Virus record (IMG/VR): IMGVR_UViG_3300045988_142367
Length of the DNA: 43,711 nucleotides
Direction: 5' to 3' (one strand)
DNA from: a virus
The notes beneath the pieces were generated by a model. The model had not been told where the DNA came from. It saw nothing but the letters and a program-made list of their open reading frames with translations, and made no database searches. How positions within the stretch are numbered: position 1 is the first letter of the stretch; each line of letters begins with the position of its first letter. Of this stretch, positions 1 to 7,690 are shown one piece after another. A program made the translations under genes and the position numbers.

Positions 1-2
1 AC

Positions 3-107
3 GAACGCATCAAGGAGAAGGACGCCCAGATCAAGGAGAAGGACGCCCAGATCAAGGAGAAGGACGCCCAGATCAACCGTCTCCTCTCCATCCTCGAAAA
101 ACAATAA
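3..107 (+). CDS. C-terminal coiled-coil part of the CI-like repressor (continuation of 43338..43711)
   Basis: The frame starting at base 3 reads ERIKEKDAQIKEKDAQIKEKDAQINRLLSILEKQ, followed by TAA at 105..107. Confidence 0.75.
   Translation, partial: ERIKEKDAQIKEKDAQIKEKDAQINRLLSILEKQ
9..71 (+). repeat. Perfect 21-bp tandem repeat x3 (ATCAAGGAGAAGGACGCCCAG) encoding heptad IKEKDAQ
   Basis: Units lie at 9..29, 30..50 and 51..71, with a partial fourth unit ATCAA at 72..76. Two of the units are also visible at 43665..43706. Confidence 0.95.
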
Positions 108-325
108 GAAAGGCCCCACCTCCCGGCGTGACCTTTCCCTGATGTTACAACAATTAACGTAGATATAAAACTTGTCTATAGCCCAAGTTTAGGATTAACA
201 CACAATAACGACTATGAGTAAAGAAAATTATCAATCAGGCAAAATCCCGGCATCCTCACCGAAGAACCAGCCGGTTCCGACACTGCCTCCACCTGCGCCG
301 CCATCGGAGTTGAATGATGTTCCGG

Positions 326-901
326 TTAAAAGATGAATATGCACAGGCCGATGAGAAGAACCAGTCCTAACGCTATTCCGGCTAAGGTCATAGTCAACCC
401 GACCCGATAGGCGGAACACATCCTTCTCCTCAGCTCGGTATTCTTCTTATGCCTCTCATCAAGGTCCACGAGATATGCAAGTTTCCGGAAGTGTGCCTGT
501 TCGCCTTTGGGATATCCGTTCAGCCAGTCCAAGGCTTCCTCGGATAGCAACACACTCGGTTCGCCTCCTTCAGGATAAACCGTGACATTGTACAGGACGC
601 CAAACCACATCTGTGCGGCGGGAACAGATAATGCCACTATGCCGTAAGCGGTCATCAGCATCACGAGCAATGATCCTTCTTGACTGGCCAATGTTCCGAC
701 AAGGATGCCGATGAGGGAAACGATGGCAGCCAGATACCATCCCAAAAAAGTCTGAACCTGCTGCTGGGTCTTGGCTATGGCATCGAAGTCGTTCCTGAGT
801 GCGGCCCTCGCCTCTTCATAAGCCAGATCCACAAGTTTGGGAGGAAACTCTTTTGAGTCTATTTCGAAATACTTTCTCATATAGATCTTTTCTGCAAACA
901 T
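326..901 (-). CDS. Hypothetical multi-pass membrane protein in the immunity region (candidate lysogenic-conversion or exclusion gene)
   Basis: 191-aa ORF with three hydrophobic segments: FLGWYLAAIVSLIGILVGTLA, LLVMLMTAYGIVALSVPAAQMWFGVL and VGLTMTLAGIALGLVLLIGLCIFIF. It lies between the repressor and the integrase. No family recognised. Confidence 0.6.
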   Translation of the reverse strand: MFAEKIYMRKYFEIDSKEFPPKLVDLAYEEARAALRNDFDAIAKTQQQVQTFLGWYLAAIVSLIGILVGTLASQEGSLLVMLMTAYGIVALSVPAAQMWFGVLYNVTVYPEGGEPSVLLSEEALDWLNGYPKGEQAHFRKLAYLVDLDERHKKNTELRRRMCSAYRVGLTMTLAGIALGLVLLIGLCIFIF

Positions 902-986
902 AACAAAATTTTGGAAACATTAAAAGATTAATGCAAAACGATAAGCATATTGGTGGGAGGAAAACGTCCGGAAGGAGCCGTGGCGT

Positions 987-1165
987 GCGCCAAATTTGCG
1001 CCAAACGCCCCGGTTCGCCTGCCCTGGACGGCTTTCAGTTGGGGGTAAGAATCCCCGAAAATGCCCGTGAAATGTCCTTCCCCCGCTACGAATTTGCCGC
1101 AACTTCTTGCAAGTCAAGGAATTGCGGCAAAATTGTCAAAAATGCTGCGCCAGATTTGCGCCAAA
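987..1165. promoter_or_regulatory. Candidate attP / integrase-arm region: duplicated 19-bp motif flanking an inverted repeat
   Basis: GCGCCA(A/G)ATTTGCGCCAAA occurs at 987..1005 and 1147..1165 (18/19 identical, direct). Between the copies are AATTTGCCGCAA (1091..1102) and TTGCGGCAAAATT (1122..1134), around the palindrome CTTGCAAG (1106..1113). The region is immediately upstream of int. Confidence 0.4.
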
Positions 1166-1236
1166 AAAATTCGCTGTCTGAGCCGGTTCCTGTCAAACCT
1201 TTGTTGGGGAGTTCAAAAATTTCCCCAACAAAAAAA

Positions 1237-2400
1237 ATGTCTTCAAGTCTCCGCACGACGAATGGCTTTATTCCGGCAAAGGTCGCCGAAGGAAAGCGTT
1301 GGTATGTTGAATTCTATTGCCTCGATCCGGAAACCGGTCGCATGAGAAGAAAGAGGGTGTCTGTGCCTAAGATAAAAGGCGTGACCGCCCGCAGAAGGTA
1401 CGCCAACGACATGGTCATCAACATCAACGACCAGCTCTCGCAAGGATGGAATCCCTACCTGTCCCTGAACAATCCGGAGGAATACACTCTTTTTGATGAT
1501 GTCTGTGAGAAATACTACCGCTATCTGTACAAGTTGACGGAATCGGACATCATGCGCGTCAAGACCTACAATGGCTACACTTCGTTCCTGAACGTGTTCC
1601 GTGGCTGGAACAGCGAACAACACAAACCGGTGTGCTATGTCTATCAATTAAAGTCATCAGTTGTCTCGAAGTTTCTCGACTGGCTATGGCTTGATTGCGG
1701 GAAGGCTGCCAGAACCAGAGACAATTACCTCTCTTGGCTTCGCAGCTTTGCCGGATGGCTTATGGAGAAGAACTACATCAGCGAGGACTTCACAGCGAAT
1801 CTTACTGCCGTTCAGGGTAAGCGCAAATGTGCAAAGAACCGCACCGTCATCCCGAAGGAGACGATGCTTGCCATCCGTGAATATTGCAGCGACCGCAACC
1901 GCCACTATCTTTTGGCTTGCTATGTTCTCTATTATTGCTTCATACGCCCTAAGGAGATGAGCCACATCAGGATCGGTGACATTTCGGTAAAGGGAGGCAC
2001 CATTTCCGTCAGGGCCGAATATTCAAAGAACCGGAAGGATGCCGTGGTAACCCTTCCTGATTGTGTTCTCAAACTGATGCTCGACCTTGATGTGCTGTCA
2101 AACCCCGCTGACTGGTATCTTTTCAGTTCCGGCTTTCGTCCTGGACCTGCACACCATCCAGCTAAGCATTTCGGAGACTTCTGGACCTACCATCTGAAGA
2201 AGGATCTGAGGCTCCCTTCCGAGTACAAGTTCTACAGCCTCAAGGACACCGGCATAACGGATCTGATCAAGGCCCGCACCGATCTCCTTTCTGTTCGTGA
2301 CCAAGCCCGCCATCACTCACTCCAGATGACCGACCTCTACACCCCTCTGGAGACCCGTACCGCCAACGAGTCCATCCGCCACCACGAGTCCTACTTCTAA
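1237..2400 (+). CDS. int: Tyrosine integrase (Bacteroidetes phage/CTn type)
   Basis: ATG at 1237 gives 387 aa starting MSSSLRTTNGFIPAKVAEGKRWYVEFY. The C-terminal catalytic region has CFIRPKE (Arg), SKNRKD (Lys), YSLKDTG, ARHHS and MTDLYT (Tyr). The 931 start in the ORF track adds 102 aa of low-quality sequence over the repeat-rich attP-like DNA. Confidence 0.9.
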   Translation: MSSSLRTTNGFIPAKVAEGKRWYVEFYCLDPETGRMRRKRVSVPKIKGVTARRRYANDMVININDQLSQGWNPYLSLNNPEEYTLFDDVCEKYYRYLYKLTESDIMRVKTYNGYTSFLNVFRGWNSEQHKPVCYVYQLKSSVVSKFLDWLWLDCGKAARTRDNYLSWLRSFAGWLMEKNYISEDFTANLTAVQGKRKCAKNRTVIPKETMLAIREYCSDRNRHYLLACYVLYYCFIRPKEMSHIRIGDISVKGGTISVRAEYSKNRKDAVVTLPDCVLKLMLDLDVLSNPADWYLFSSGFRPGPAHHPAKHFGDFWTYHLKKDLRLPSEYKFYSLKDTGITDLIKARTDLLSVRDQARHHSLQMTDLYTPLETRTANESIRHHESYF

Positions 2401-2416
2401 CCATTTGTTCACGTTA

Positions 2417-2914
2417 CTACCACTCGACAAGGCTGTAGGAGAGACCGGCGCCGATGTAGGGTAGCGGGGTGATGCGGTTGTCCTGGATGGTTATGCCGTA
2501 ACCGGCCTGAAGGGATAGGGCAAAATGAGATCTTTTTCGTGACGGGACGGAAATGGTCCGGGTCACGACCTTCGTTTCCGGAAAGACCTGAATCAGGTCG
2601 AGGCTTGGCTGGTAGCCGGACACTATCGCACGATAGTCCTTGCCGGAATATTCCTTCCGCTCTTTGGGGAGCTGGACGAAGGTGGTGTCGTGTATGATCA
2701 CGATGTCGGGATAGGCGACAAGGAGTGTGTCAGTGATGGTGGTTAGGATGGGGACGGGGGTCTCGACGGTGACGGTGTCCCTTATGATCAGGGTATCAGC
2801 CTTGGGTGTCTCGATGGCTTCGGCGACCGCCGCGCGGTAGCCCAGCCTCCAGCTCAGGACGGAGACAGCCGCCACCAGCGCGGCGACAAGCAGAAGGATC
2901 CACCCCGGCTTCAT
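2417..2914 (-). CDS. Membrane-anchored protein with OMP-like C-terminus (possible spanin-like lysis accessory)
   Basis: The internal start MKPGWILLLVAALVAAVSVLSW (ATG 2912..2914) gives an N-terminal TM anchor. The C-terminus GAGLSYSLVEW ends in an aromatic residue. It starts 5 nt after the stop of 2919..3269 and is the last gene of the lysis cluster. Confidence 0.45.
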   Translation of the reverse strand: MKPGWILLLVAALVAAVSVLSWRLGYRAAVAEAIETPKADTLIIRDTVTVETPVPILTTITDTLLVAYPDIVIIHDTTFVQLPKERKEYSGKDYRAIVSGYQPSLDLIQVFPETKVVTRTISVPSRKRSHFALSLQAGYGITIQDNRITPLPYIGAGLSYSLVEW

Positions 2915-2918
2915 CGCC

Positions 2919-3269
2919 TCACGCCTCCGAGCCTGTCGGCCCAACGCTTCGATTAAAGCCTGGGCGTGGCCATGATCCGTCGTCAAGGATCTCCCAGTCC
3001 TCCAGAAGGATATCCGATTGCGACGCAAGCCATCCTGTCAGCACAGCCTTCCTTCCCGTCGAATCATGCGTGAACATGCAGATGGTGCCAAGCGCGGGAA
3101 TCTCGCCTCCGTTGCCTTCGGCAAGGCTTTTAAGGAGAGGATCCTTGCACCACTCAGCCTTGACGACAGCCTCTGGTTTAAGCCATAAAAACATTCCTTT
3201 TCCGTTCCAGCCCTTTCGGGCAACTCTCTTGCCCTGCTTCAGGGCCTCGATAGCTTTTCCAAAATCCAT
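2919..3269 (-). CDS. DUF2829-family protein (Tad2-like candidate anti-defence sponge)
   Basis: MDFGKAIEALKQGKRVARKGWNGKGMFLWL ... TGWLASQSDILLEDWEIL carries both hallmark blocks of DUF2829: ALKxGKxVxRxGW and (W)xxSQxDxLxxDWEI. Confidence 0.7.
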   Translation of the reverse strand: MDFGKAIEALKQGKRVARKGWNGKGMFLWLKPEAVVKAEWCKDPLLKSLAEGNGGEIPALGTICMFTHDSTGRKAVLTGWLASQSDILLEDWEILDDGSWPRPGFNRSVGPTGSEA

Positions 3270-3308
3270 AATAAAATAAATAAAAATGTGTTGATTAAAC
3301 GTCTTCGC

Positions 3309-3348
3309 TTTTTGATCATTTTCGTGGTGTCGAGAAAATGATCAAAAA
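3309..3348. promoter_or_regulatory. 15-bp perfect inverted repeat (TTTTTGATCATTTTC / GAAAATGATCAAAAA) with 10-nt spacer
   Basis: Arms at 3309..3323 and 3334..3348. It lies in the 100-nt gap between 3370..3780 and the DUF2829 gene. No flanking U-tract on either strand, so it looks more like an operator than a terminator. Confidence 0.4.
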
Positions 3349-3369
3349 CCGGCTATAATCCGGCTATCC

Positions 3370-3780
3370 TCACCGCCTCACGCCTCCGAGCCTGTCAGCC
3401 CACCGCTCCGTGAAAAACGAGTAATAGCTGATGGTGCCAAAGCTCTTGAATGAAGAATGCAGCCAAGCCCAAGTAATTGACGGAATACCAATGATAGGCA
3501 AATACAACCATCCGAGATAAAGCGACTGCCTCGTATGCCCCCATTCGTGGTCGAGTGTCAGACGCACATAGGAGTTTGACAGCCCGGCATACTTCAGAGG
3601 CAGGATTATCCTCTTTCCGAGACTGATCCCGCCTCTCATCTTTTGGGAATATAGCACCTTTGCTCTGCGGTGTTCGCCCCTGATTGCATCGTCGTGTCCG
3701 TACCACCGGAACAGCAGCAATCCCAGCAAGTTCTGCGGCAACTGCCAGATGTAAAGTAATACTTTAATAAAATCTTTCAT
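3370..3780 (-). CDS. Small membrane protein with HExxH motif (zincin-like), lysis-cluster associated
   Basis: 136 aa with hydrophobic segments LLGLLLFRWY and LGWLYLPIIGIPSITWAWL. Contains the motif DHEWGHTRQS. Confidence 0.5.
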   Translation of the reverse strand: MKDFIKVLLYIWQLPQNLLGLLLFRWYGHDDAIRGEHRRAKVLYSQKMRGGISLGKRIILPLKYAGLSNSYVRLTLDHEWGHTRQSLYLGWLYLPIIGIPSITWAWLHSSFKSFGTISYYSFFTERWADRLGGVRR

Positions 3781-3792
3781 ATTCTTTGAATA

Positions 3793-4230
3793 TTAGAACC
3801 TTTCTCCCTTGTATCGTCTATTATAGAGCAGCTGTCCCCGTTGCGGCCCTCCCTTGCGGTGACTGATGTGTACGAATGACGGATAGAGGATCATCTGATC
3901 CACCTCCCTCCAGATCTCCGGCGTATCCCTGACAACCTTAGCCAGCGCGTGGGGGTCTTCCGCCGCGATGTCGGCGGCCTCACCCTTGACGTGCTGCGAG
4001 GTCGGGACTCCTCCCACCGCCCTGTTGAGCTCCGGGCATCGGTAGCCGCTGTTTATCCGCAGCGGCCTCCTGACAATGTCACGCAGAGGCTGGAGAACCC
4101 TTTCCGTCAGCTCCTTCACCGCGTCACGCACATCGAACGATGTGATCACGTTGCAGATGCCCTTGCGCTCCGCCGTCGGCGAGGTCTCGAACTCTCTGTA
4201 ACTGAAATCCTTACTGATTGTTCCCATCAT
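3793..4230 (-). CDS. Endolysin, peptidase M15 (VanY/D-Ala-D-Ala carboxypeptidase-like)
   Basis: INSGYRCPELNRAVGGVPTSQHVKGEAADI ... FVHISH matches the M15 Zn-binding pattern (SxHxxGxAxD ... H). Confidence 0.8.
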   Translation of the reverse strand: MMGTISKDFSYREFETSPTAERKGICNVITSFDVRDAVKELTERVLQPLRDIVRRPLRINSGYRCPELNRAVGGVPTSQHVKGEAADIAAEDPHALAKVVRDTPEIWREVDQMILYPSFVHISHRKGGPQRGQLLYNRRYKGERF

Positions 4231-4774
4231 CCTTTACCCCCTTTACGGCTCCGCCTCCTTTCTCAATGCTGACAGCCCCCTCGATGTTCGCCCCGGTCTT
4301 TGCTTGCACCACGGCCTCGATGACCTTGGCGGCGTCCACCTTTACCTTTGCCTGACGTCCGAACCGACAGAAGTACCAGTTCTGGGCGATGGAGATCAGC
4401 TCCACGCCTATGACGACAAGCATCAGCCCAGTCTCTATAACCGTGTAGCCCGTCGCCACGGCGAGGCTGGAGGCCAGCACCGACCAGCAGAAGTACTCCA
4501 CTGCCTTGCCGACCGTGCGGCGTATCGCCCGGCTTATCCTGATCCGGTCGCCCTTGCTCCGGGCGGCTCGGATGCCGAACACGAGGTCGATCAGGATGAC
4601 CACGGCGGCTATGACGAGATATGGCAGCATCCGCACGAAAGATTGTTGGAAGAACAGCAATAGTGTGGCCGATAAGCCCGTGCCGACCACGACACTCCCC
4701 GCGGAAGCCTCGTCCGAGAGGATGTGGGCGTAGTAACTGTCCATCATGGTTAAACTATTTATGTCGATGATCAT
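4211..4774 (-). CDS. Putative holin
   Basis: 187 aa with several TM helices (VVVGTGLSATLLLFF, LPYLVIAAVVILIDLVFGI, YFCWSVLASSLAVATGY, GLMLVVIGVELISIA) and a charged C-terminal tail. It overlaps the endolysin start by 20 nt. Confidence 0.55.
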   Translation of the reverse strand: MIIDINSLTMMDSYYAHILSDEASAGSVVVGTGLSATLLLFFQQSFVRMLPYLVIAAVVILIDLVFGIRAARSKGDRIRISRAIRRTVGKAVEYFCWSVLASSLAVATGYTVIETGLMLVVIGVELISIAQNWYFCRFGRQAKVKVDAAKVIEAVVQAKTGANIEGAVSIEKGGGAVKGVKDDGNNQ

Positions 4775-4855
4775 GTCTTTGTTTTGGTGTAATTACAATC
4801 ATATCAGATTATAAGGTACATATAAATTCTGGCAATCTTCTTTTATTTTCATAAA

Positions 4856-7621
4856 CTATGATATATCAAGGAACGAATCATCACAATTTAAGGTGATACT
4901 TATATCGCCCTTGAAAGCAGTAGATACATGATTACTTAAATCTAACACAGATTGATTTTGCATCTCAAGCACGACAGACGAATCAAATCCAGGAACTTCT
5001 GTTCCAAAATAAGTTTCTGACAAATCAAAGGTAGGCAAATTTGATAAACTTAAATTACCTGTTTTGATCTCTGAAATTGACACAATACCAATAAGGGTAG
5101 CTTCCATGGCGACAAAATCAGTAACAAAGGCTAGATTATTTAGTTTGAAAACTGATAACGGCATTGGAATGCACCTGTATACATCCATCCTAAGTTTTGG
5201 TACAGATCCACCTGCATCTACACCCGTTACATAAGGAAATATAGGCAACCAACTTGTATTGTTATCCCTGTTCATTAACCAAACAAGACCAAACTTCTCA
5301 CTAGAGAATTGTGATGATACATAAGAGCTCAAAGGTTCATCTGTTTTAATGACTGCATGATATCTAGTTTGATATTCTTCAACAATACAATCAGATTCAA
5401 GTATAATTGAACCATGAGAAGTAACGACATTCTCAACTTTGGTAAAGAGATCTGCTTGAACTTTTGCAATTTCACATAACAAGAAGTTCTCATTGTTATA
5501 AAAGTCTGTATGTTCAGACGTTTCATTATTATAAACAGTACCAGGATTAGTGGACCCGTTTAATATATGAACATATAAGAACTGATTATATTTCCAGTCA
5601 ACCTGCAACTTGTTGTATAATTCAGCAATATTAGACTCTGGAATATCAATGTATATGTACTGTGAATCCATTGATACAATTGTTCCCAAAGACAAACCAT
5701 CCGTTACAGTCAAGCCATTGGTATTAATACATACTTCTGGATTATGATCCGCTACATCTAACACTTGATCAGCATTTGATATTGCAATCTTCATTGCAAC
5801 GGTATTCTGAGCCTCTGAAGCATCTTGTGTACAATTGCAAGTGGCAATTACATCTCCAGTAGAAGCTTTAAGAACGAGATCAAAGGTTCTCTCTGAAGAA
5901 GTGTTAACATCAGGTGCCAGAGACAAGCTCTTATTTCCGGTACCACTTATTGGTAGCGGGTCGCCACTTACTAAACTGTTGCCAACGTAAGAAGGACCAT
6001 CGATAGTCCAACCTACATTATCTGGGTCAGTGATATTCAAATCCAAGCCTGATGGGGATAGATCACTCTGACCATTGCTGTCAAAGCGGAATGTAGTAGG
6101 AACATCCCAAGAAGGCATAACTAAAGACTCCTGATGGTAGGATATGGATGCGGTAGTTGACTTGCTCCCCTCACCCGTTATCTTCATTTCAATAGTATCA
6201 TCTCTGCTTAGGCCAGTGATGTTCTTACCAACGGTGGCCTTAAGATTAAGCTCATCAATGGTTACCAAACTTGGTACTGATGTGAACTCATAGGTAAAAT
6301 CAGTTATAGTTCTGGTAGCACCCGAAGTATAGGTGGCTGTCTGGTTCGGGGATACCTTAGCGGCTATATCTACATCCCCACCTGTCTTTGGAATGATTAC
6401 AGTGGCAGATGCGGCATTAACTGATGAATAGGTTACCTGATTGGCCTGTTGGTACACATCAATACTTTGGGTTACTTTAGAGCCATTCCAGGTTATAGTG
6501 GCTGTAACTGTGTCAAGTTTTGTTCTGGCCTTAACAGTTGAACCAAGATTTGAGCCGTTTACCGTTTTAGACAACGTAATGATAACATCTGAGGATGTTA
6601 TAGAAGGAGTATCTGATTCTCCAGAAGAATAATCAATCTTGCCTGAAGCTGAGATAAAGTTTGGTGAATCAGCTGAGCCACCCGATGCTGGGATATCGTC
6701 TAATGAAACAGAAGCAGAGCTCAAAGTGTAGGTGGCCTTATTAGGATCCTGTCTTACAAAGTCGGTGTAAGTCAATGTCTGACCATTAACGACAATGGTT
6801 ATCTTAATACGGGCTGCCTTATAAGAATCAGTGATGACCTTTCCCAGAGAACTCATAACTATCTCTCCTGTATGCTCGTTTAAGGTCCAGTTATAAGGAG
6901 AACCAGGAGGATCAGTATAATAGGTATATTTTACAGAATGAGAAGAATTAGATTGAGTAAGAATCCCACCACCAGATGCTTTGCCATTCCATCCCCAAGG
7001 GATTGAAAATCTGTAAGAAGGGGTGGCAATACCTCCTTCTGCGCTGATATCCCAATTAGAATATCCCATATTGACACTTGCAGTGCCGTAGGTCTTCTCA
7101 CCTGCTGCTTGGATAATGGTGATGGCTTCAGAAGATACCCCAGGATCACCCGAATCGCGAAGCCTGAAAGTGATGTCCTTGGAGCTCTCTGTCTGATTCT
7201 CCGACACGTCAAAGGAGATCTCAAAAGTGTAAGAGCTAGATGCCCCAGGATCACCCGATATCTGATGAGAGGAGTTTCCGTCCCAGGAATAGGCCGTCCC
7301 GTTTACTTTAAGGGTGAAATTTGAAAGTAAAGATGAATTAGTGAGATTAGTCAGCTTCAGAGATGGCGAGTTGCTAGTGCCAGTGATTTTCACGGTGCCA
7401 CCCAGAGCTGCAACAGAATAGGAAGTCTTGTCTACCATGATAAACTCACCAGCTCCAACCTGTAAGAGAACTACAGAATCAGAGGCTCCACCAGAGGTAA
7501 CTCCTTTGATAGAGCCTGATCTGCTTGATCTTCCAGTATGGGAGCTTGCTTTTAGTGATCTTGTCCCTGAGCCACTTCCTGTAGACCCGGATACTACAGT
7601 GATCCAACTTGGTTTTGCCAT
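4856..7621 (-). CDS. Tail fibre / receptor-binding protein with N-terminal BACON-like module (921 aa)
   Basis: The N-terminus MAKPSWITVVSGSTGSGSG...SSHTGRSSRSGSIKG is BACON-like. An internal BACON-like module SWDVPTTFRFDS...DPDNVGWTIDGPSY...SSERTFDLVL is shared with 11068..14172. The DNA is visibly AT-richer than its neighbours. Confidence 0.65.
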   Translation of the reverse strand: MAKPSWITVVSGSTGSGSGTRSLKASSHTGRSSRSGSIKGVTSGGASDSVVLLQVGAGEFIMVDKTSYSVAALGGTVKITGTSNSPSLKLTNLTNSSLLSNFTLKVNGTAYSWDGNSSHQISGDPGASSSYTFEISFDVSENQTESSKDITFRLRDSGDPGVSSEAITIIQAAGEKTYGTASVNMGYSNWDISAEGGIATPSYRFSIPWGWNGKASGGGILTQSNSSHSVKYTYYTDPPGSPYNWTLNEHTGEIVMSSLGKVITDSYKAARIKITIVVNGQTLTYTDFVRQDPNKATYTLSSASVSLDDIPASGGSADSPNFISASGKIDYSSGESDTPSITSSDVIITLSKTVNGSNLGSTVKARTKLDTVTATITWNGSKVTQSIDVYQQANQVTYSSVNAASATVIIPKTGGDVDIAAKVSPNQTATYTSGATRTITDFTYEFTSVPSLVTIDELNLKATVGKNITGLSRDDTIEMKITGEGSKSTTASISYHQESLVMPSWDVPTTFRFDSNGQSDLSPSGLDLNITDPDNVGWTIDGPSYVGNSLVSGDPLPISGTGNKSLSLAPDVNTSSERTFDLVLKASTGDVIATCNCTQDASEAQNTVAMKIAISNADQVLDVADHNPEVCINTNGLTVTDGLSLGTIVSMDSQYIYIDIPESNIAELYNKLQVDWKYNQFLYVHILNGSTNPGTVYNNETSEHTDFYNNENFLLCEIAKVQADLFTKVENVVTSHGSIILESDCIVEEYQTRYHAVIKTDEPLSSYVSSQFSSEKFGLVWLMNRDNNTSWLPIFPYVTGVDAGGSVPKLRMDVYRCIPMPLSVFKLNNLAFVTDFVAMEATLIGIVSISEIKTGNLSLSNLPTFDLSETYFGTEVPGFDSSVVLEMQNQSVLDLSNHVSTAFKGDISITLNCDDSFLDIS

Positions 7622-7656
7622 TGTTATTCTGTTTTTTAGAATAAATTAGAAGATGA

Positions 7657-7674
7657 GAGGGGTTTCACCCCCTC
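7657..7674 (-). terminator. Weak hairpin after 7691..9343 (GAGGGG-N6-CCCCTC)
   Basis: A 6-bp GC stem, followed on the minus strand by TCATCTTCTAATTTATT, which is only moderately U-rich. Confidence 0.3.
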
Positions 7675-7690
7675 CCACCTTATGACAGTC

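Noticed and set aside
108-145. Terminator after the repressor gene (GAAAGG ... CCTTTC)
   Set aside because: It has only a 6-bp stem with a ~17-nt loop and no U-tract, which is too weak to call.
214-336. 40-aa Pro-rich plus-strand ORF (MSKENYQSGKIPASSPKNQPVPTLPPPAPPSELNDVPVKR)
   Set aside because: It is short and low-complexity, and it converges into the 3' end of 326..901. There is no supporting signal.
931-1236. N-terminal 102-aa extension of the integrase ORF as given in the ORF track (start 931)
   Set aside because: The extension is low-complexity, Arg/Gly/Pro-rich sequence lying over the repeat-rich attP-like DNA. A good ATG at 1237 begins the typical integrase N-terminus (MSSSLRTTNGFIPAKV...).
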